64,000 nt of DNA from an uncultured Clostridia bacterium. GTDB taxonomy: Bacteria; Bacillota; Clostridia; Christensenellales; UBA1242. Location: assembly GCA_944384375.1 (NCBI GenBank), contig CALWTE010000026.1:1382-65381 (forward strand). The letters are read 5' to 3'. Positions 44,874-55,314 of this stretch are shown in pieces (position 1 is the stretch's first letter; every line of letters starts with the position of its first letter). Made by a program: the position numbers and the translations under genes. Below the pieces are notes generated by a model. It had not been told where the DNA came from. It saw nothing but the letters and a program-made list of their open reading frames with translations, and made no database searches.

Positions 44874-47800
44874 ATGGCAGGTAAAATTCAAGCAAGCAGT
44901 CCAGCAGTTAAAAAAATTATGTGCGGTAAGACAGAAAGAGTTTCTTTCGCACGTGTGCAAGAACCTATTGAACCACCTTACTTAGTAGCCGTTCAAAAGG
45001 AAACTTACAAAGAATTTTTGGAAAAGGGGATTGGCGAAACAATTGCAGAATTTTCGCCTATAGAAGACTTTAGCGGAAAAGTTGAATTGCATTTCCTAGA
45101 TTACAGTATTGATTATTCTGCTGTAAAGTATCCTATTGACGAATGTCGTCGTCGTGCTTTGACTTATAGCGCACCTATTAGAGTAAATGCACGTCTAATT
45201 AATAAGGAAACAGGTGAAGCCATTGACCAAAACGTAATGCTAGGCGAAGTGCCACTTATGACAGACGATGGTTCATTCTTAATTAGCGGTGTTGACCGTG
45301 TAATTGTTAGCCAGATTGTGCGTAGTCCAGGCGTTTATTTTGACGTGGTTGACGATAAAAATACAGGTAAGACGACATACACTGCTAGTCTTAACCCTAC
45401 ACGCGGTATGTGGCTAGAGTTTGAACAGACCCCAAAAGACACAATTAGAGTAATTATGGATAGAAGTGTCAAGGTGTCATTAGGCGTTTTATTAAAAGGC
45501 TTAGGTCTAGGTACAGAAGAAGAAATTGCAAAACTTTTCGGTAACAATCCACTTATACTAAACACACTCCAGCAAGAGACACAAAAGACCGAAGAAGAAG
45601 CATTACTAGAATTATCTAAAAAATTAAAGCCTAGCGAATTGCCAAGTGCGGATACTATTAAAACATTTATATTTAACACATTTTTTACAAATTTACGTTA
45701 CGACTTAGCCAAAGTTGGTCGTTATAAATTTAATAAAAAACTAAACTTATGCAACCGTTTACCAGGTTTAACCTTAGGACAAGAGATTACACTCCCAGAC
45801 GGTACAGTATTGCCTGAAGGTACTGAAATCACTCAAGACCAAGCAAACAAAATTCAAAATGCAGGTATTAATGAAGTTTACGTTTTGCTTGACAACGGCA
45901 AAAAGCACTTTATGCGTGGTAACAATAGAGTTGCTCTTGATTCTTTAATTAAATGCGAACCCAGAGATTACGGTATTTACGAGTTAGTACACTATCCAAC
46001 ATATCTAGAACTTACAAAATCAGCAAAGACTAAGGAAGCAAAACTTGAAATCGTTAAGGAAAATGCTGAGAAGTTAATCAACCGCCATATAGTAATTGAC
46101 GATATCTTAGCATCAATTAGTTACTTACTTGACTTAACCGCAGGTATCGGTAGCGTTGACGTAATTGACCACTTAGCAAACCGTAGAGTTAGTAGCGTAG
46201 GTGAGTTGATGAACATCGCGCTTCACTCAGGTATGGCTAGACTTGCTACATTAGCAAGGGAGAGTATGCAAGGGCAAGATTTGACACAAGCCAGCCCTTC
46301 TACAATCATTAATGCTAGACATGTAAACAAGGCGTTTATGGACTTTATGAAGACAAGTCCGCTATCTCAAAGTATGGACCAGGTAAACCCACTCAGTGAA
46401 TTGACACAAAAACGTAAGGTTAGTGCCGTTGGTCCACGTGGTGTACGAAAAGAGAGAGCGGGTGCCGAAGTTCGTGATATTCACTACACACATTACGGTA
46501 GAATTTGTGCTATTGAAACGCCAGAAGGTCAGTCAATCGGTTTGATTAACTCTTTGGCAATCTATGCTAAAATTAACGAATACGGTTTCTTAGAGACACC
46601 TTATAAAAAGGTTGACAAAGCCACAGGTAAGGTAACAAACGAAGTCGTTTACCTAATGGCAGATGTAGAAGAAAAGGCAAAAATTGCTCAGGCAGTTGAA
46701 CCTTTAGATGCAGACGGCCGTTTTGTAAACCAAACAGTACTTTGCCGTTATAAAGACCGTATTATTGATATTCCACGTGAAGAAGTTGACTATGTTGATG
46801 TTTCTCCACGTCAGTTGATTTCGGTGGCTACTTCTTGTATCCCATTCCTAGAGAACGACGACTCAGCGCGTGCCTTGCTAGGTAGTAACATGCAACGTCA
46901 GGCTGTTCCACTAATTAGGACAGAAGCACCAATTGTTGGTACTGGTATGGAACACCGTGTCGCTCGTGATAGTGGCGCTTTAGTACTTGCCGACACTGAT
47001 GGTGTCGTAAAATATATGGACGCATCAGAAATTGACATTCAAGATGCAGACGGAAATATCCACAAAAAGAAATTAACTAAGTTTGCAAAAACTACAAAAG
47101 ACACCTGTTTAAACCAAAAACCTATTGTTAAAGAAGGCGACAAGGTTAAGAAAGGCGACGTTATAGCAGACGGACTTTCTACATGCAACGGTGAATTGTC
47201 TTTGGGTAGAAATGTACTTGTTGCCTTTATGAACTGGGAAGGGTACAACTACGAAGATGCTATATTAATTAACGAACGTCTAGTAAAAGAAGACATTTAT
47301 ACTTCAATTACATTAAAAGTGGAAGACGTTAAGTGCCGTTCTACTAAACTCGGTAACGAAGAAATTACCCGTGATATTCCAAATTTGAGTGAAGATGCTC
47401 TAAAGAATTTGGACGAAAATGGTATTATTAGAATAGGTGCCGAAGTTCGCCCTGGTGATATTCTAGTAGGTAAAGTTACTCCAAAGAGTGAAACCGAACT
47501 TACCCCAGAAGAACGTCTATTGCGTGCAATTTTCGGTGAAAAATCACGTGAAGTTAGAGATACCAGTCTTAGAGTACCACACGGTCGTGGTGGTGTCGTA
47601 GTTGACGTGCAAATTTTCAGTAGAGCCAACAAAGACGAACTAGAAGCAGGTGTAAATATGCTAGTTAAAGTTTACATCGCGCAAAAGAGAAAGATATCAG
47701 TCGGCGACAAGATGTCTGGTCGTCATGGTAACAAAGGTATCGTTTCTAGAATTTTACCTAGCGAAGATATGCCATTTATGGCAAATGGTCAGCCTGTTGA

Positions 47801-48596
47801 CGTTGTACTTAACCCATTAGGTGTGCCTAGCCGTATGAACATCGGTCAGTTGCTAGAAGTTCACTTAGGCCGTGTAGCAAAAGTGCTAGGTTGGAAAGTT
47901 GCGACCCCAGTATTTGACGGTGCAACAGAACAACAAATCAGCCAGTTATACCGTGAAAACGGACTAGAAGATGACGCTAAAATGGTATTGTATGATGGTA
48001 GAACGGGTGAAGCATTTGACCACAGAGTTACAGTTGGTTATATGTATATGCTAAAACTTACCCACATGGTAGATAACAAGATGCACGCACGTAGTATCGG
48101 ACCTTATGCACTCGTTACTGCTCAACCTTTAGGTGGACAGGCAATGTTCGGTGGTCAAAGATTCTCCGAAATGGACGTTTGGGCTTTGGAAGGTTACGGT
48201 GCTGCTAACTTGTTGCAAGAAATGTTGACTATCAAATCAGACGATATCACAGGTAGAAACAACGTTTATGAAGCCATTGTAAAAGGTCAAACTATTGCAG
48301 AACCTGGCATACCTGAATCATTTAAGGTTTTGGTAAAAGAATTGCAATCTCTAGGCCTGGATATTAAGATTTTGACCGAAGACGAACGCGAAATAGAACT
48401 CAGCGAATTAACAAATGACGATATAGAAGTTTCAATCGCAACTAGAAATCATTTACCTGAACAAAAAGAAATTGAACTCAACTTTGACGATATCGGCGAA
48501 TCAGGCGATATTATCAGCGAGAGCGAATTTAATCAAATGGAAAATGATGAAGATGCTTTCAATGCAGGTAACTTGTTTGATGATTTTGATGAATAG
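44874..48596 (+). CDS. rpoB: DNA-directed RNA polymerase subunit beta
   Basis: 1240 aa. AGGAG RBS. Conserved blocks SNMQRQAVPL, GDKMSGRHGNKGIVSRI, VLNPLGVPSRMNIGQ, FGGQRFSEMDVWALEGYGAA. Acidic C-terminal tail. TAG stop. Confidence 0.98.
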   Translation: MAGKIQASSPAVKKIMCGKTERVSFARVQEPIEPPYLVAVQKETYKEFLEKGIGETIAEFSPIEDFSGKVELHFLDYSIDYSAVKYPIDECRRRALTYSAPIRVNARLINKETGEAIDQNVMLGEVPLMTDDGSFLISGVDRVIVSQIVRSPGVYFDVVDDKNTGKTTYTASLNPTRGMWLEFEQTPKDTIRVIMDRSVKVSLGVLLKGLGLGTEEEIAKLFGNNPLILNTLQQETQKTEEEALLELSKKLKPSELPSADTIKTFIFNTFFTNLRYDLAKVGRYKFNKKLNLCNRLPGLTLGQEITLPDGTVLPEGTEITQDQANKIQNAGINEVYVLLDNGKKHFMRGNNRVALDSLIKCEPRDYGIYELVHYPTYLELTKSAKTKEAKLEIVKENAEKLINRHIVIDDILASISYLLDLTAGIGSVDVIDHLANRRVSSVGELMNIALHSGMARLATLARESMQGQDLTQASPSTIINARHVNKAFMDFMKTSPLSQSMDQVNPLSELTQKRKVSAVGPRGVRKERAGAEVRDIHYTHYGRICAIETPEGQSIGLINSLAIYAKINEYGFLETPYKKVDKATGKVTNEVVYLMADVEEKAKIAQAVEPLDADGRFVNQTVLCRYKDRIIDIPREEVDYVDVSPRQLISVATSCIPFLENDDSARALLGSNMQRQAVPLIRTEAPIVGTGMEHRVARDSGALVLADTDGVVKYMDASEIDIQDADGNIHKKKLTKFAKTTKDTCLNQKPIVKEGDKVKKGDVIADGLSTCNGELSLGRNVLVAFMNWEGYNYEDAILINERLVKEDIYTSITLKVEDVKCRSTKLGNEEITRDIPNLSEDALKNLDENGIIRIGAEVRPGDILVGKVTPKSETELTPEERLLRAIFGEKSREVRDTSLRVPHGRGGVVVDVQIFSRANKDELEAGVNMLVKVYIAQKRKISVGDKMSGRHGNKGIVSRILPSEDMPFMANGQPVDVVLNPLGVPSRMNIGQLLEVHLGRVAKVLGWKVATPVFDGATEQQISQLYRENGLEDDAKMVLYDGRTGEAFDHRVTVGYMYMLKLTHMVDNKMHARSIGPYALVTAQPLGGQAMFGGQRFSEMDVWALEGYGAANLLQEMLTIKSDDITGRNNVYEAIVKGQTIAEPGIPESFKVLVKELQSLGLDIKILTEDEREIELSELTNDDIEVSIATRNHLPEQKEIELNFDDIGESGDIISESEFNQMENDEDAFNAGNLFDDFDE

Positions 48597-48610
48597 GAGT
48601 GTAGCGATAA

Positions 48611-51600
48611 ATGTTTGAATTAAAAAATTTTGACTCAATTAAAATAGGTATAGCCTCACCAGAGAAGATTCGTGAATGGTCTCATGGTGAAGTTACTAAA
48701 CCTGAGACAATTAACTATCGTACTTTAAAACCTGAAATCAATGGTTTGTTTTGTGAACGCATTTTTGGTCCAAAAAAGGACTATGAATGCCACTGTGGTA
48801 AATACAAACGTGTAAGATATAAGGGTCACCACTGTGAAAAATGTGGTGTAGAAATCACCCGTAGTAAAGTACGTAGGGAACGTATGGGGCATATAGAACT
48901 TGCCACTCCTGTTAGTCATATTTGGTATGTAAGGGGCGGTTCTAGTAAAGTAGGTAGTATCTTAGATATTACCGCTAAAAATCTAGAGCAAGTTTTGTAT
49001 TACGCTAGTTACATCGTGCTTGACCCAGGTAAGACAAATTTTTATAAAAAGCAGGTAATTACCGACAGGGAATACCGTGACGCTTTAGAAGAATTCGGCG
49101 AAGGCTCATTCCGTGCTGGAATGGGTGGTGAAGCCATTAGAGAATTGCTTTCCGAACTTGATTTGGAAAAGGAAAGCAAAGAATTAAAAGAAATTATTAA
49201 CACTTCAAAAGGTGCTAAAAAATTAAAGGCAATCAAAAAATTAGACACTGTGGAAGCCTTCTTAAAGAGTGGCAACAACCCACGTTGGATGATTTTGGAC
49301 GTTTTGCCCGTTCTTCCACCTGACTTGCGTCCTATGATTCAGTTGGAAGGTGGTAGATTCGCTGCCAGCGACTTAAACGACTTATACCGTAGGGTAATCA
49401 ACAGAAACAACCGTTTGAAAAAGTTGATTGACTTAGCCGCTCCAGACGTAATCATTAGAAACGAAAAACGTATGTTGCAAGAAGCAGTTGACGCTTTAAT
49501 TGACAATGGTAAAAGAGGTAAACCAGTACTCGGCGCAAAATCTCGTGAATTAAAGTCTTTAACCGCTATGATTAGAGGTAAACAAGGTCGTTTCCGTCAA
49601 AACTTATTAGGTAAACGTGTTGACTACTCAGGTCGTTCTGTTATCGTTGTAGGACCAGAGTTGAAGTTATATCAATGTGGTGTGCCTAAAGAAATGGCGC
49701 TAGAACTATTTAAGCCATTTGTTATGCGTAAGTTAGTAGAGTTAAACTTTACACAAAACGTTAAGAGCGCAAAACGTATGGTAGAGCGTGAACGTCCTGA
49801 AGTTTGGGACATTTTGGAAGACGTTATTAAAGACCACCCAGTTATCCTAGACCGTGCACCTACACTACACAGATTGTCTTTACAAGCCTTTGAACCAGTA
49901 CTTGTAGAAGGTCGTGCAATTAAGCTCCACCCATTAGTTTGTCAAGGTTATAACGCAGACTTTGACGGTGATACAATGGCTATTCACGTTCCACTTTCAA
50001 TTGAAGCACGTACAGAAGCACGTCTATTGATGCTAGCAAGCAACAATATTCTAAAACCTGCTACAGGTACACCAGTTGTTGAACCTTTGCAAGATATCAT
50101 TTTGGGTATTTATTATATGACTATTGAAAACCCAGACGAGAAGGGCGCAGGCTCAGTATTTATTAGCGAAGATGAAGCGATTATGGCTAACGCAAACGGC
50201 TTTGTCCACTATGAAGCACCTATTCAGGTTAGACGTAGCGTAACTGTAGATGGCAAAACTATTACTGGTAGAGTGCAAACTACAGTTGGTAGAATTCTCT
50301 TTAACCGTTGTATTCCACAATGCATCGGCAGAGTTAAGAGAGAAAAACCAGAAGACTACTTGCAATATGAAGTAAACGAAACCATTACCAAGGGTAAAAT
50401 GGCAGAAATTGTAGCGCAGACTTACTTTGCTCTAGGCACTACAGAAACTGCTAAAATGCTAGATAAAGTAAAGGCTTTCGGTTACAAATATTCTACACTT
50501 AGTTCTATTACAATTAACATTTATGATATGTTAATTCCAGACGACAAGAGTAAAATTATTAAAGAACACCAAGAAATGGCTAACCAAAACGAAAAACTTT
50601 ACATTCGTGGTTTGATTACTCGTGACGAAAAAGTTAACAAAAATATTGAACTTTGGAACGAAGCCACTGCACAAGTTAAGGCTAGTGTGGTTAGTAACTT
50701 AGGCACTTTCAACTGTTTGAAAATGATTGTTGCATCAAAAGCACGTGGTAGTGATGACCAGGTAAACCAGTTAAGTGGTATTCGTGGTATTATGGCGACA
50801 ACATCAGGTAGCAAGGTAGATATTCCTATTCTTTCTTGTTTCCGTGATGGTCTAAGCCCTATTGAATACTTTATTTCTGCACGTGGTGGTCGTAAAGGTC
50901 TAGCCGATACTGCTCTACACACGGCAGACGCTGGTTATTTGACCAGAAGGCTAGTAGATATCGCTCACGGTGTAGTAATTACAGAAGACGACTGTTTTGC
51001 TAACTTAGGCGAATCACCTAAGGGAATTAAGGTTACCGACTTAAAGAGTGGCGACCATATGATAGAAAAACTAGAAGACCGTATCAAAGGACGTGTCGCT
51101 GTTGATGCTATCATTGACCCACAAACTGGCGAAGTTATCTGCCCAGCAAACGAAATGATTACTCCAGAAATGGCGCAAAAAGTCGTACAAGCAGGCATTA
51201 CCGAAGTTACTATTAGGTCACTACTTACTTGTAAGTGTAAACACGGCGTATGTGCTAAATGTTACGGTCGTGATATGGTAAGTACGGGCCTTGTAGAAGT
51301 GGGCGAAGCAGTAGGTATTATTGCCGCTCAATCAATCGGTGAACCTGGTACACAGTTAACCATGAGAACGTTCCACTCTGGTGGTGTTGCATCAGTTAAA
51401 GATATGACTCAAGGTTTACCAAGGGTTGAAGAATTGTTTGAAGCACGTAAGCCAAACGATGCTGCAATTGTTAGTGAAGTAGGTGGAAAAGTCCACATTC
51501 AAGAAATTAACAACCGTAAGTGTGTAACTATCAACACGCCAAACGGCGACGTTGAATACTTGCTACCTGCTAAGAGTTTGATTACAGTTAGTGAAGGACA

Positions 51601-52234
51601 AGTTATTGAATCAGGTACACCGCTAACATTTGGTAGTTTATATCCACAAGACATTTTGCGTACTCGTGGTGTAAAAGACGCGCAAGAGTACTTGTTAAAA
51701 GAAGTTTTGGCTGTTTATAAATCTCAAAGTGTTAACCTAGACGCAAAACATATTGAAATTATAATTAGACAAATGATTAGATGCGTACGTGTTGAATCAA
51801 GTGGCGATACAGACTTAATTCCAGGTGACGTATTAGACATTAACGAACTTGAAAATATTAACTTAAAGGCTATTATGGCTGGCAAGACACCTGCTAGCGC
51901 TAGGAGAATCTTGCAAGGTTTGACAAAGGCGAGTCTATCTACAAATAGTTTCTTGTCTGCCGCATCATTCCAGGAATCTAGTAGGGTATTGACCGATGCT
52001 GCTATTAAAGGTAAAGTTGACCATTTGGAAGGTTTGAAAGAAAACGTTATCATCGGTAAATTAATCCCAGCAGGTACAGGATTGAAGGTTTATAACACTG
52101 TTAACCCAACAGTTTACGAGCAGGTTAATGACGAAATTGCTAGCGAATTAGACGCAGCAGGCGCTCAAGACGATTCTGTAAACGCAATGCCAGGTATTAA
52201 TGACGATTTAGACAACTTTGACTTGTCATCATAG
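48611..52234 (+). CDS. rpoC: DNA-directed RNA polymerase subunit beta'
   Basis: 1207 aa, 14 nt downstream of rpoB, AGGAG RBS. Zinc-binding [20 protein letters not shown]. Catalytic NADFDGD ([17 protein letters not shown]). Trigger-loop/bridge-helix blocks are present. TAG stop. Confidence 0.98.
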   Translation: MFELKNFDSIKIGIASPEKIREWSHGEVTKPETINYRTLKPEINGLFCERIFGPKKDYECHCGKYKRVRYKGHHCEKCGVEITRSKVRRERMGHIELATPVSHIWYVRGGSSKVGSILDITAKNLEQVLYYASYIVLDPGKTNFYKKQVITDREYRDALEEFGEGSFRAGMGGEAIRELLSELDLEKESKELKEIINTSKGAKKLKAIKKLDTVEAFLKSGNNPRWMILDVLPVLPPDLRPMIQLEGGRFAASDLNDLYRRVINRNNRLKKLIDLAAPDVIIRNEKRMLQEAVDALIDNGKRGKPVLGAKSRELKSLTAMIRGKQGRFRQNLLGKRVDYSGRSVIVVGPELKLYQCGVPKEMALELFKPFVMRKLVELNFTQNVKSAKRMVERERPEVWDILEDVIKDHPVILDRAPTLHRLSLQAFEPVLVEGRAIKLHPLVCQGYNADFDGDTMAIHVPLSIEARTEARLLMLASNNILKPATGTPVVEPLQDIILGIYYMTIENPDEKGAGSVFISEDEAIMANANGFVHYEAPIQVRRSVTVDGKTITGRVQTTVGRILFNRCIPQCIGRVKREKPEDYLQYEVNETITKGKMAEIVAQTYFALGTTETAKMLDKVKAFGYKYSTLSSITINIYDMLIPDDKSKIIKEHQEMANQNEKLYIRGLITRDEKVNKNIELWNEATAQVKASVVSNLGTFNCLKMIVASKARGSDDQVNQLSGIRGIMATTSGSKVDIPILSCFRDGLSPIEYFISARGGRKGLADTALHTADAGYLTRRLVDIAHGVVITEDDCFANLGESPKGIKVTDLKSGDHMIEKLEDRIKGRVAVDAIIDPQTGEVICPANEMITPEMAQKVVQAGITEVTIRSLLTCKCKHGVCAKCYGRDMVSTGLVEVGEAVGIIAAQSIGEPGTQLTMRTFHSGGVASVKDMTQGLPRVEELFEARKPNDAAIVSEVGGKVHIQEINNRKCVTINTPNGDVEYLLPAKSLITVSEGQVIESGTPLTFGSLYPQDILRTRGVKDAQEYLLKEVLAVYKSQSVNLDAKHIEIIIRQMIRCVRVESSGDTDLIPGDVLDINELENINLKAIMAGKTPASARRILQGLTKASLSTNSFLSAASFQESSRVLTDAAIKGKVDHLEGLKENVIIGKLIPAGTGLKVYNTVNPTVYEQVNDEIASELDAAGAQDDSVNAMPGINDDLDNFDLSS

Positions 52235-52240
52235 ATTATA

Positions 52241-52273
52241 AAAAATATCTCATAGTCTTGTGAGATATTTTTT
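52241..52273 (+). terminator. Rho-independent terminator of rpoC
   Basis: aaaaatatctca-tagtcttg-tgagatattttt (12-bp stem) running into a T-tract. Confidence 0.75.
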
Positions 52274-52345
52274 GTTTTATAAGGAAATTATAAGAATAGT
52301 CCAGTGGTTTAAAGGTTAAACTTTACTTTTTTACTCCTTGTATCA
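52266..52345 (+). repeat. Copy B of the ~80-nt intergenic repeat (copy A at 16214-16296)
   Basis: tattttttgttttataaggaaattataagaatagtccagtggtttaaaggttaaactttacttttttactccttgta. Same orientation as copy A and same position relative to a terminator. Confidence 0.55.
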
Positions 52346-52496
52346 TTTAAGATAAGTAAAATAAAGAAAATAGATTGTAAAAATTGTTATTTTATAGAAA
52401 AACTGACATATTTTTATTAATGTTTAGTGAAATTTATTTTTTGGCATATATAATTTAAATGTACTAATTAAATAAGTTTGTTTAGTGGTTTTTGTA

Positions 52497-52525
52497 TTGC
52501 TAGTATTGTGGATTTATGGTATAAT
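52497..52525 (+). promoter_or_regulatory. Sigma-A-like promoter (extended -10) of the LRR-protein gene
   Basis: TTGCTA (52497-52502), 17-nt spacer ending in TGg, TATAAT (52520-52525). Confidence 0.55.
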
Positions 52526-52551
52526 AATTATATAGGGGATAGGTGTAAGGT

Positions 52552-54660
52552 ATGGAATTAACAATAGACAAAAGAAAAATAGAGTTAAACACAAGGCATA
52601 GTTTTGGCTTGCCTTTTTGGGATTTAGTCTTTTGGCAAAACAACTCTATACAAATTAACAATGAAAAACAAATTCCTGATAAATTAAACGACCTTATAGA
52701 GAATGAATTACAAAGATTATATAATTTAGCAACACCAGAAAATTTTGTCATAAATTGCGAAAACAACCCCGATTTAGATAGATACATTAATAGTGAGTTA
52801 AAAGCATTAAAAACCAAAGGGGACATGCAAGCCTATAATGTTGTAGTTGCCGATAGTACGCGAAAGCAAAATTATGCGCTCAGATTTGGCATAAAACAGT
52901 ATGAAGAATACAAAAATTTAGTAGAAATTTTAAAAAATAGCACTTACTCAAAGAGTTTTCAATGTCTAATACTTAATGAAACATTAAACTACACATATCG
53001 TATGGATTTTTCCAAAAATGAACCTAATTTAATAGTAAATAGTAGGAAACCACATTTTACAATTATGGGAATGATAAATTTACCTACACAAGTACTTGAT
53101 TTTATATATCAAAACGCACCTAATTACACAACTTTTAAAAAGTTATATTTAGATGCACAAGTTAATTTTAATAGTACAATGACTCATAGCAATGTTAATT
53201 TTGAAAATGTTGATACTTTTGGAAAGGGCTTTTGGATAAAAATTGACGGAATTGAGACTGATTCAACAAATTATGAGCAAAATGTGGCAAAATTAAAGGC
53301 TTTGACGGCCAACACACCGTGGTGTACTAACACTTTGGCTGGCTCGCATCTTAGCGAAGGGGATTATTATGTTTTTCTAGACAATACGAGCAAACCGCAT
53401 ATAGCAATTAAAATGAAGGGCAACGCAATAGACGAAGTACGCGGTATAAAAAACGGCAATATTCAAGAGTTAGAAGACGATTATAGAGACGTGGCTATTA
53501 ACTTTTTGCAAAATAACGTGGAAATTCAAAATGGTAGGGAATGGCTAGAAAGGGAAGAATGGAATAATAGACTTATAAAATACAAACAAGAAATAAAGGA
53601 AGGTGTTTTTGAGTCCAAAGAAATAGGAGCCTTTTTACAAGATATTTTAAAGAAAGATTTTGGTAGACATGGTGGCAATAGTAATTTAGAAGATATAGAA
53701 TCACTTTTAAAGGAGATAAAGCCACAATTTGCTGAATATTTCAACTGCAGTTTAGATGAAATATGCGCTAGTGATTATAAGCCACAAGACGAGCAGACTT
53801 GTCCATACAAAGTAATTTTAAAAAATGCTAATTTAGAAAATAGTAATATCAATGATTTAGGCAATCTAAAAATTATTTTAGGCAACGCAACATTTGGCAA
53901 CTGCCCCTTGACTAATCTAGGTGAGTTAGAGATTATAGGTGGGAATGCAAACTTTTATAATAGTGAAGTGTCTAGTCTTAATAATCTACACACAATCGGC
54001 GGTGATGTGTTGTTTTTGCGTAGTAAAGTGGTTGATTTAGGCGAGTTAACCTATATAGGCGGAGATGCTTCCTTTTATGATTGTGAATTAGATAACTTAG
54101 GGAAAATAACAACAATCGGTGGCTCGGCAGATTTTCGTAGTAGTAAAATTTCAAATCTAAACGACTTAGAGTATATAGGTTGCGATGTTTGGTTTGAAAA
54201 CAGCAATATCACTTCATTAGGCAAACTGACAAAAATTGGCAGAGATGCTATGTTTTACAATAGTGATGTAGTAGATTTAGGCAATCTAAAAACCATAGGC
54301 GATAATGCTTACTTTAAAAGAAGTAAAATAACATCTTTAAAAAATCTACTTTCAATAGGTGGAAGTGCTGATTTTAGTAATAGTTTGATTACCGATTTGG
54401 GCGATTTAAAAAGTATAGGCAAAAATCTGGATTTAAGGGATAGCACAATTACAGATTTAAAAAATCTTGTTAGCATAGGTACACTTTTTGCTCACGAGGG
54501 GCAAATTAAGAATGCGGAAAATTTAAAGAATTTAGATACTGCCTACATTCAAGAGTTAAATTTAGACGACACTGGCGAAACAATACTAAAAGAAAGAGAA
54601 ATGCAACTACAAGAATTTAAACAATATATTATAGATTCTAATAAACAAATAGAAAAATAA
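52552..54660 (+). CDS. Signal-less protein with unknown N-terminal domain and C-terminal 20-residue leucine-rich-type repeats (702 aa)
   Basis: No signal peptide or TM helix. The N-terminal ~430 aa are unassigned (contains NTPWCTNTLAGSHLSEGDYYVFLDNTSKPHIAIKMKGNAIDEVRG). The C-terminus has about 11 repeats of LxxIGGxAxFxxSxIxxLxx. TAA stop. Confidence 0.85.
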   Translation: MELTIDKRKIELNTRHSFGLPFWDLVFWQNNSIQINNEKQIPDKLNDLIENELQRLYNLATPENFVINCENNPDLDRYINSELKALKTKGDMQAYNVVVADSTRKQNYALRFGIKQYEEYKNLVEILKNSTYSKSFQCLILNETLNYTYRMDFSKNEPNLIVNSRKPHFTIMGMINLPTQVLDFIYQNAPNYTTFKKLYLDAQVNFNSTMTHSNVNFENVDTFGKGFWIKIDGIETDSTNYEQNVAKLKALTANTPWCTNTLAGSHLSEGDYYVFLDNTSKPHIAIKMKGNAIDEVRGIKNGNIQELEDDYRDVAINFLQNNVEIQNGREWLEREEWNNRLIKYKQEIKEGVFESKEIGAFLQDILKKDFGRHGGNSNLEDIESLLKEIKPQFAEYFNCSLDEICASDYKPQDEQTCPYKVILKNANLENSNINDLGNLKIILGNATFGNCPLTNLGELEIIGGNANFYNSEVSSLNNLHTIGGDVLFLRSKVVDLGELTYIGGDASFYDCELDNLGKITTIGGSADFRSSKISNLNDLEYIGCDVWFENSNITSLGKLTKIGRDAMFYNSDVVDLGNLKTIGDNAYFKRSKITSLKNLLSIGGSADFSNSLITDLGDLKSIGKNLDLRDSTITDLKNLVSIGTLFAHEGQIKNAENLKNLDTAYIQELNLDDTGETILKEREMQLQEFKQYIIDSNKQIEK
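53827..54570 (+). repeat. Coding tandem array: about 11 x 60-nt (20-aa) LRR-like units
   Basis: LEIIGGNANFYNSEVSSLNN / LHTIGGDVLFLRSKVVDLGE / LTYIGGDASFYDCELDNLGK / ITTIGGSADFRSSKISNLND ... The units are diverged at nucleotide level. Confidence 0.8.
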
Positions 54661-54817
54661 TTAAAGACAAGTATATAAATAAAAAAAGACTATTTAAGTA
54701 AATAATAATAAATTTCTAAACAGCAAAAGGGAAGAAAACTTTCTAAATAAAAAAATAATTATCTAAGCAATAAAAAACCGCAAATATTCAAATAAAAAAA
54801 TCAAGTATAAAAAAGCG

Positions 54818-54849
54818 AAAAACAGCGAGTTTAAGACTTGCTGTTTTTT
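54818..54849. terminator. Bidirectional terminator between the LRR gene (+) and the DUF378 gene (-)
   Basis: aaaacagcgagt-ttaag-acttgctgtttt (12 bp, one G-U), flanked by an A-run on one side and a T-run on the other. Confidence 0.65.
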
Positions 54850-54870
54850 GTTAAATATGATATACAAAAT

Positions 54871-55314
54871 TTACTCTACTTCGATACTTTTTTCTATACT
54901 TATAGTAGTAGATTTCTTTTTCGGGCTAGTTTTGGTAGATGTTTTATTTTTTGTTTTGCTTCCGCTTTTGCTTTTAGACACTTTACTCTCTGTCGTTTTA
55001 GAATTGCTTTTTGCTGATTTTTTGCTTTTACTTGCTTGTTTTTGCTTAGGCTTTTCTTCAGTGTCTTCGTCTTCTTTTTCTTCTAGCCCCATATCGTCTT
55101 CTTTCTTTTTAGGCTCATAAATTTTACCCTTTTTTATAGGTAGGGCAATAAGAGAATATATGGAAGCAAGCCCTATAATCACATAGAAAAAACGGCTCAC
55201 AAAGTGCGCTTGACTCCCAAAAATTCCCGCAATGACATCAAATTGAAATAACCCTATGCAAAACCAGTTTATACCGCCCACACAAGTTATTAAAAAAGCA
55301 ATTAGATTAAACAT
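54871..55314 (-). CDS. DUF378 (YuzA-like) membrane protein with a long K/S/T-rich C-terminal tail
   Basis: CVGGINWFCIGLFQFDVIAGIFGSQAHFVSRFFYVIIGLASIY matches the DUF378 signature (GG.NW...G.F.FD.V..IFG). A tail of about 80 aa follows (KPKQKQASKSKKSAKSNSKTTESKVSKSKSGSKTKNKTSTKTSPKKK). TAA stop. Confidence 0.8.
   Translation of the reverse strand: MFNLIAFLITCVGGINWFCIGLFQFDVIAGIFGSQAHFVSRFFYVIIGLASIYSLIALPIKKGKIYEPKKKEDDMGLEEKEDEDTEEKPKQKQASKSKKSAKSNSKTTESKVSKSKSGSKTKNKTSTKTSPKKKSTTISIEKSIEVE

Noticed and set aside
45335-52053. Multiple 64-114-aa minus-strand ORFs within rpoB and rpoC
   Set aside because: They are antisense to highly conserved CDS and are compositional artefacts.
16214-52345. 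The two ~80-nt direct repeats as att-like boundaries of a 36-kb mobile element
   Set aside because: The enclosed segment includes rpoB, rpoC, spoIIID and ttcA, and no integrase is present. The repeats are imperfect and sit on terminators. A dispersed intergenic repeat is the better explanation.
53827-54570. Regular 60-nt periodicity as a possible CRISPR array or non-coding tandem repeat
   Set aside because: The periodicity lies in-frame inside a long ORF, the units are diverged at DNA level and conserved at protein level (LRR-like), and there is no repeat-spacer structure.
54848-55120. 90-aa plus-strand ORF overlapping the DUF378 gene tail
   Set aside because: It is the antisense frame of the K/S-rich tail (an L/F/S-rich artefact). 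The DUF378 signature is on the minus strand.
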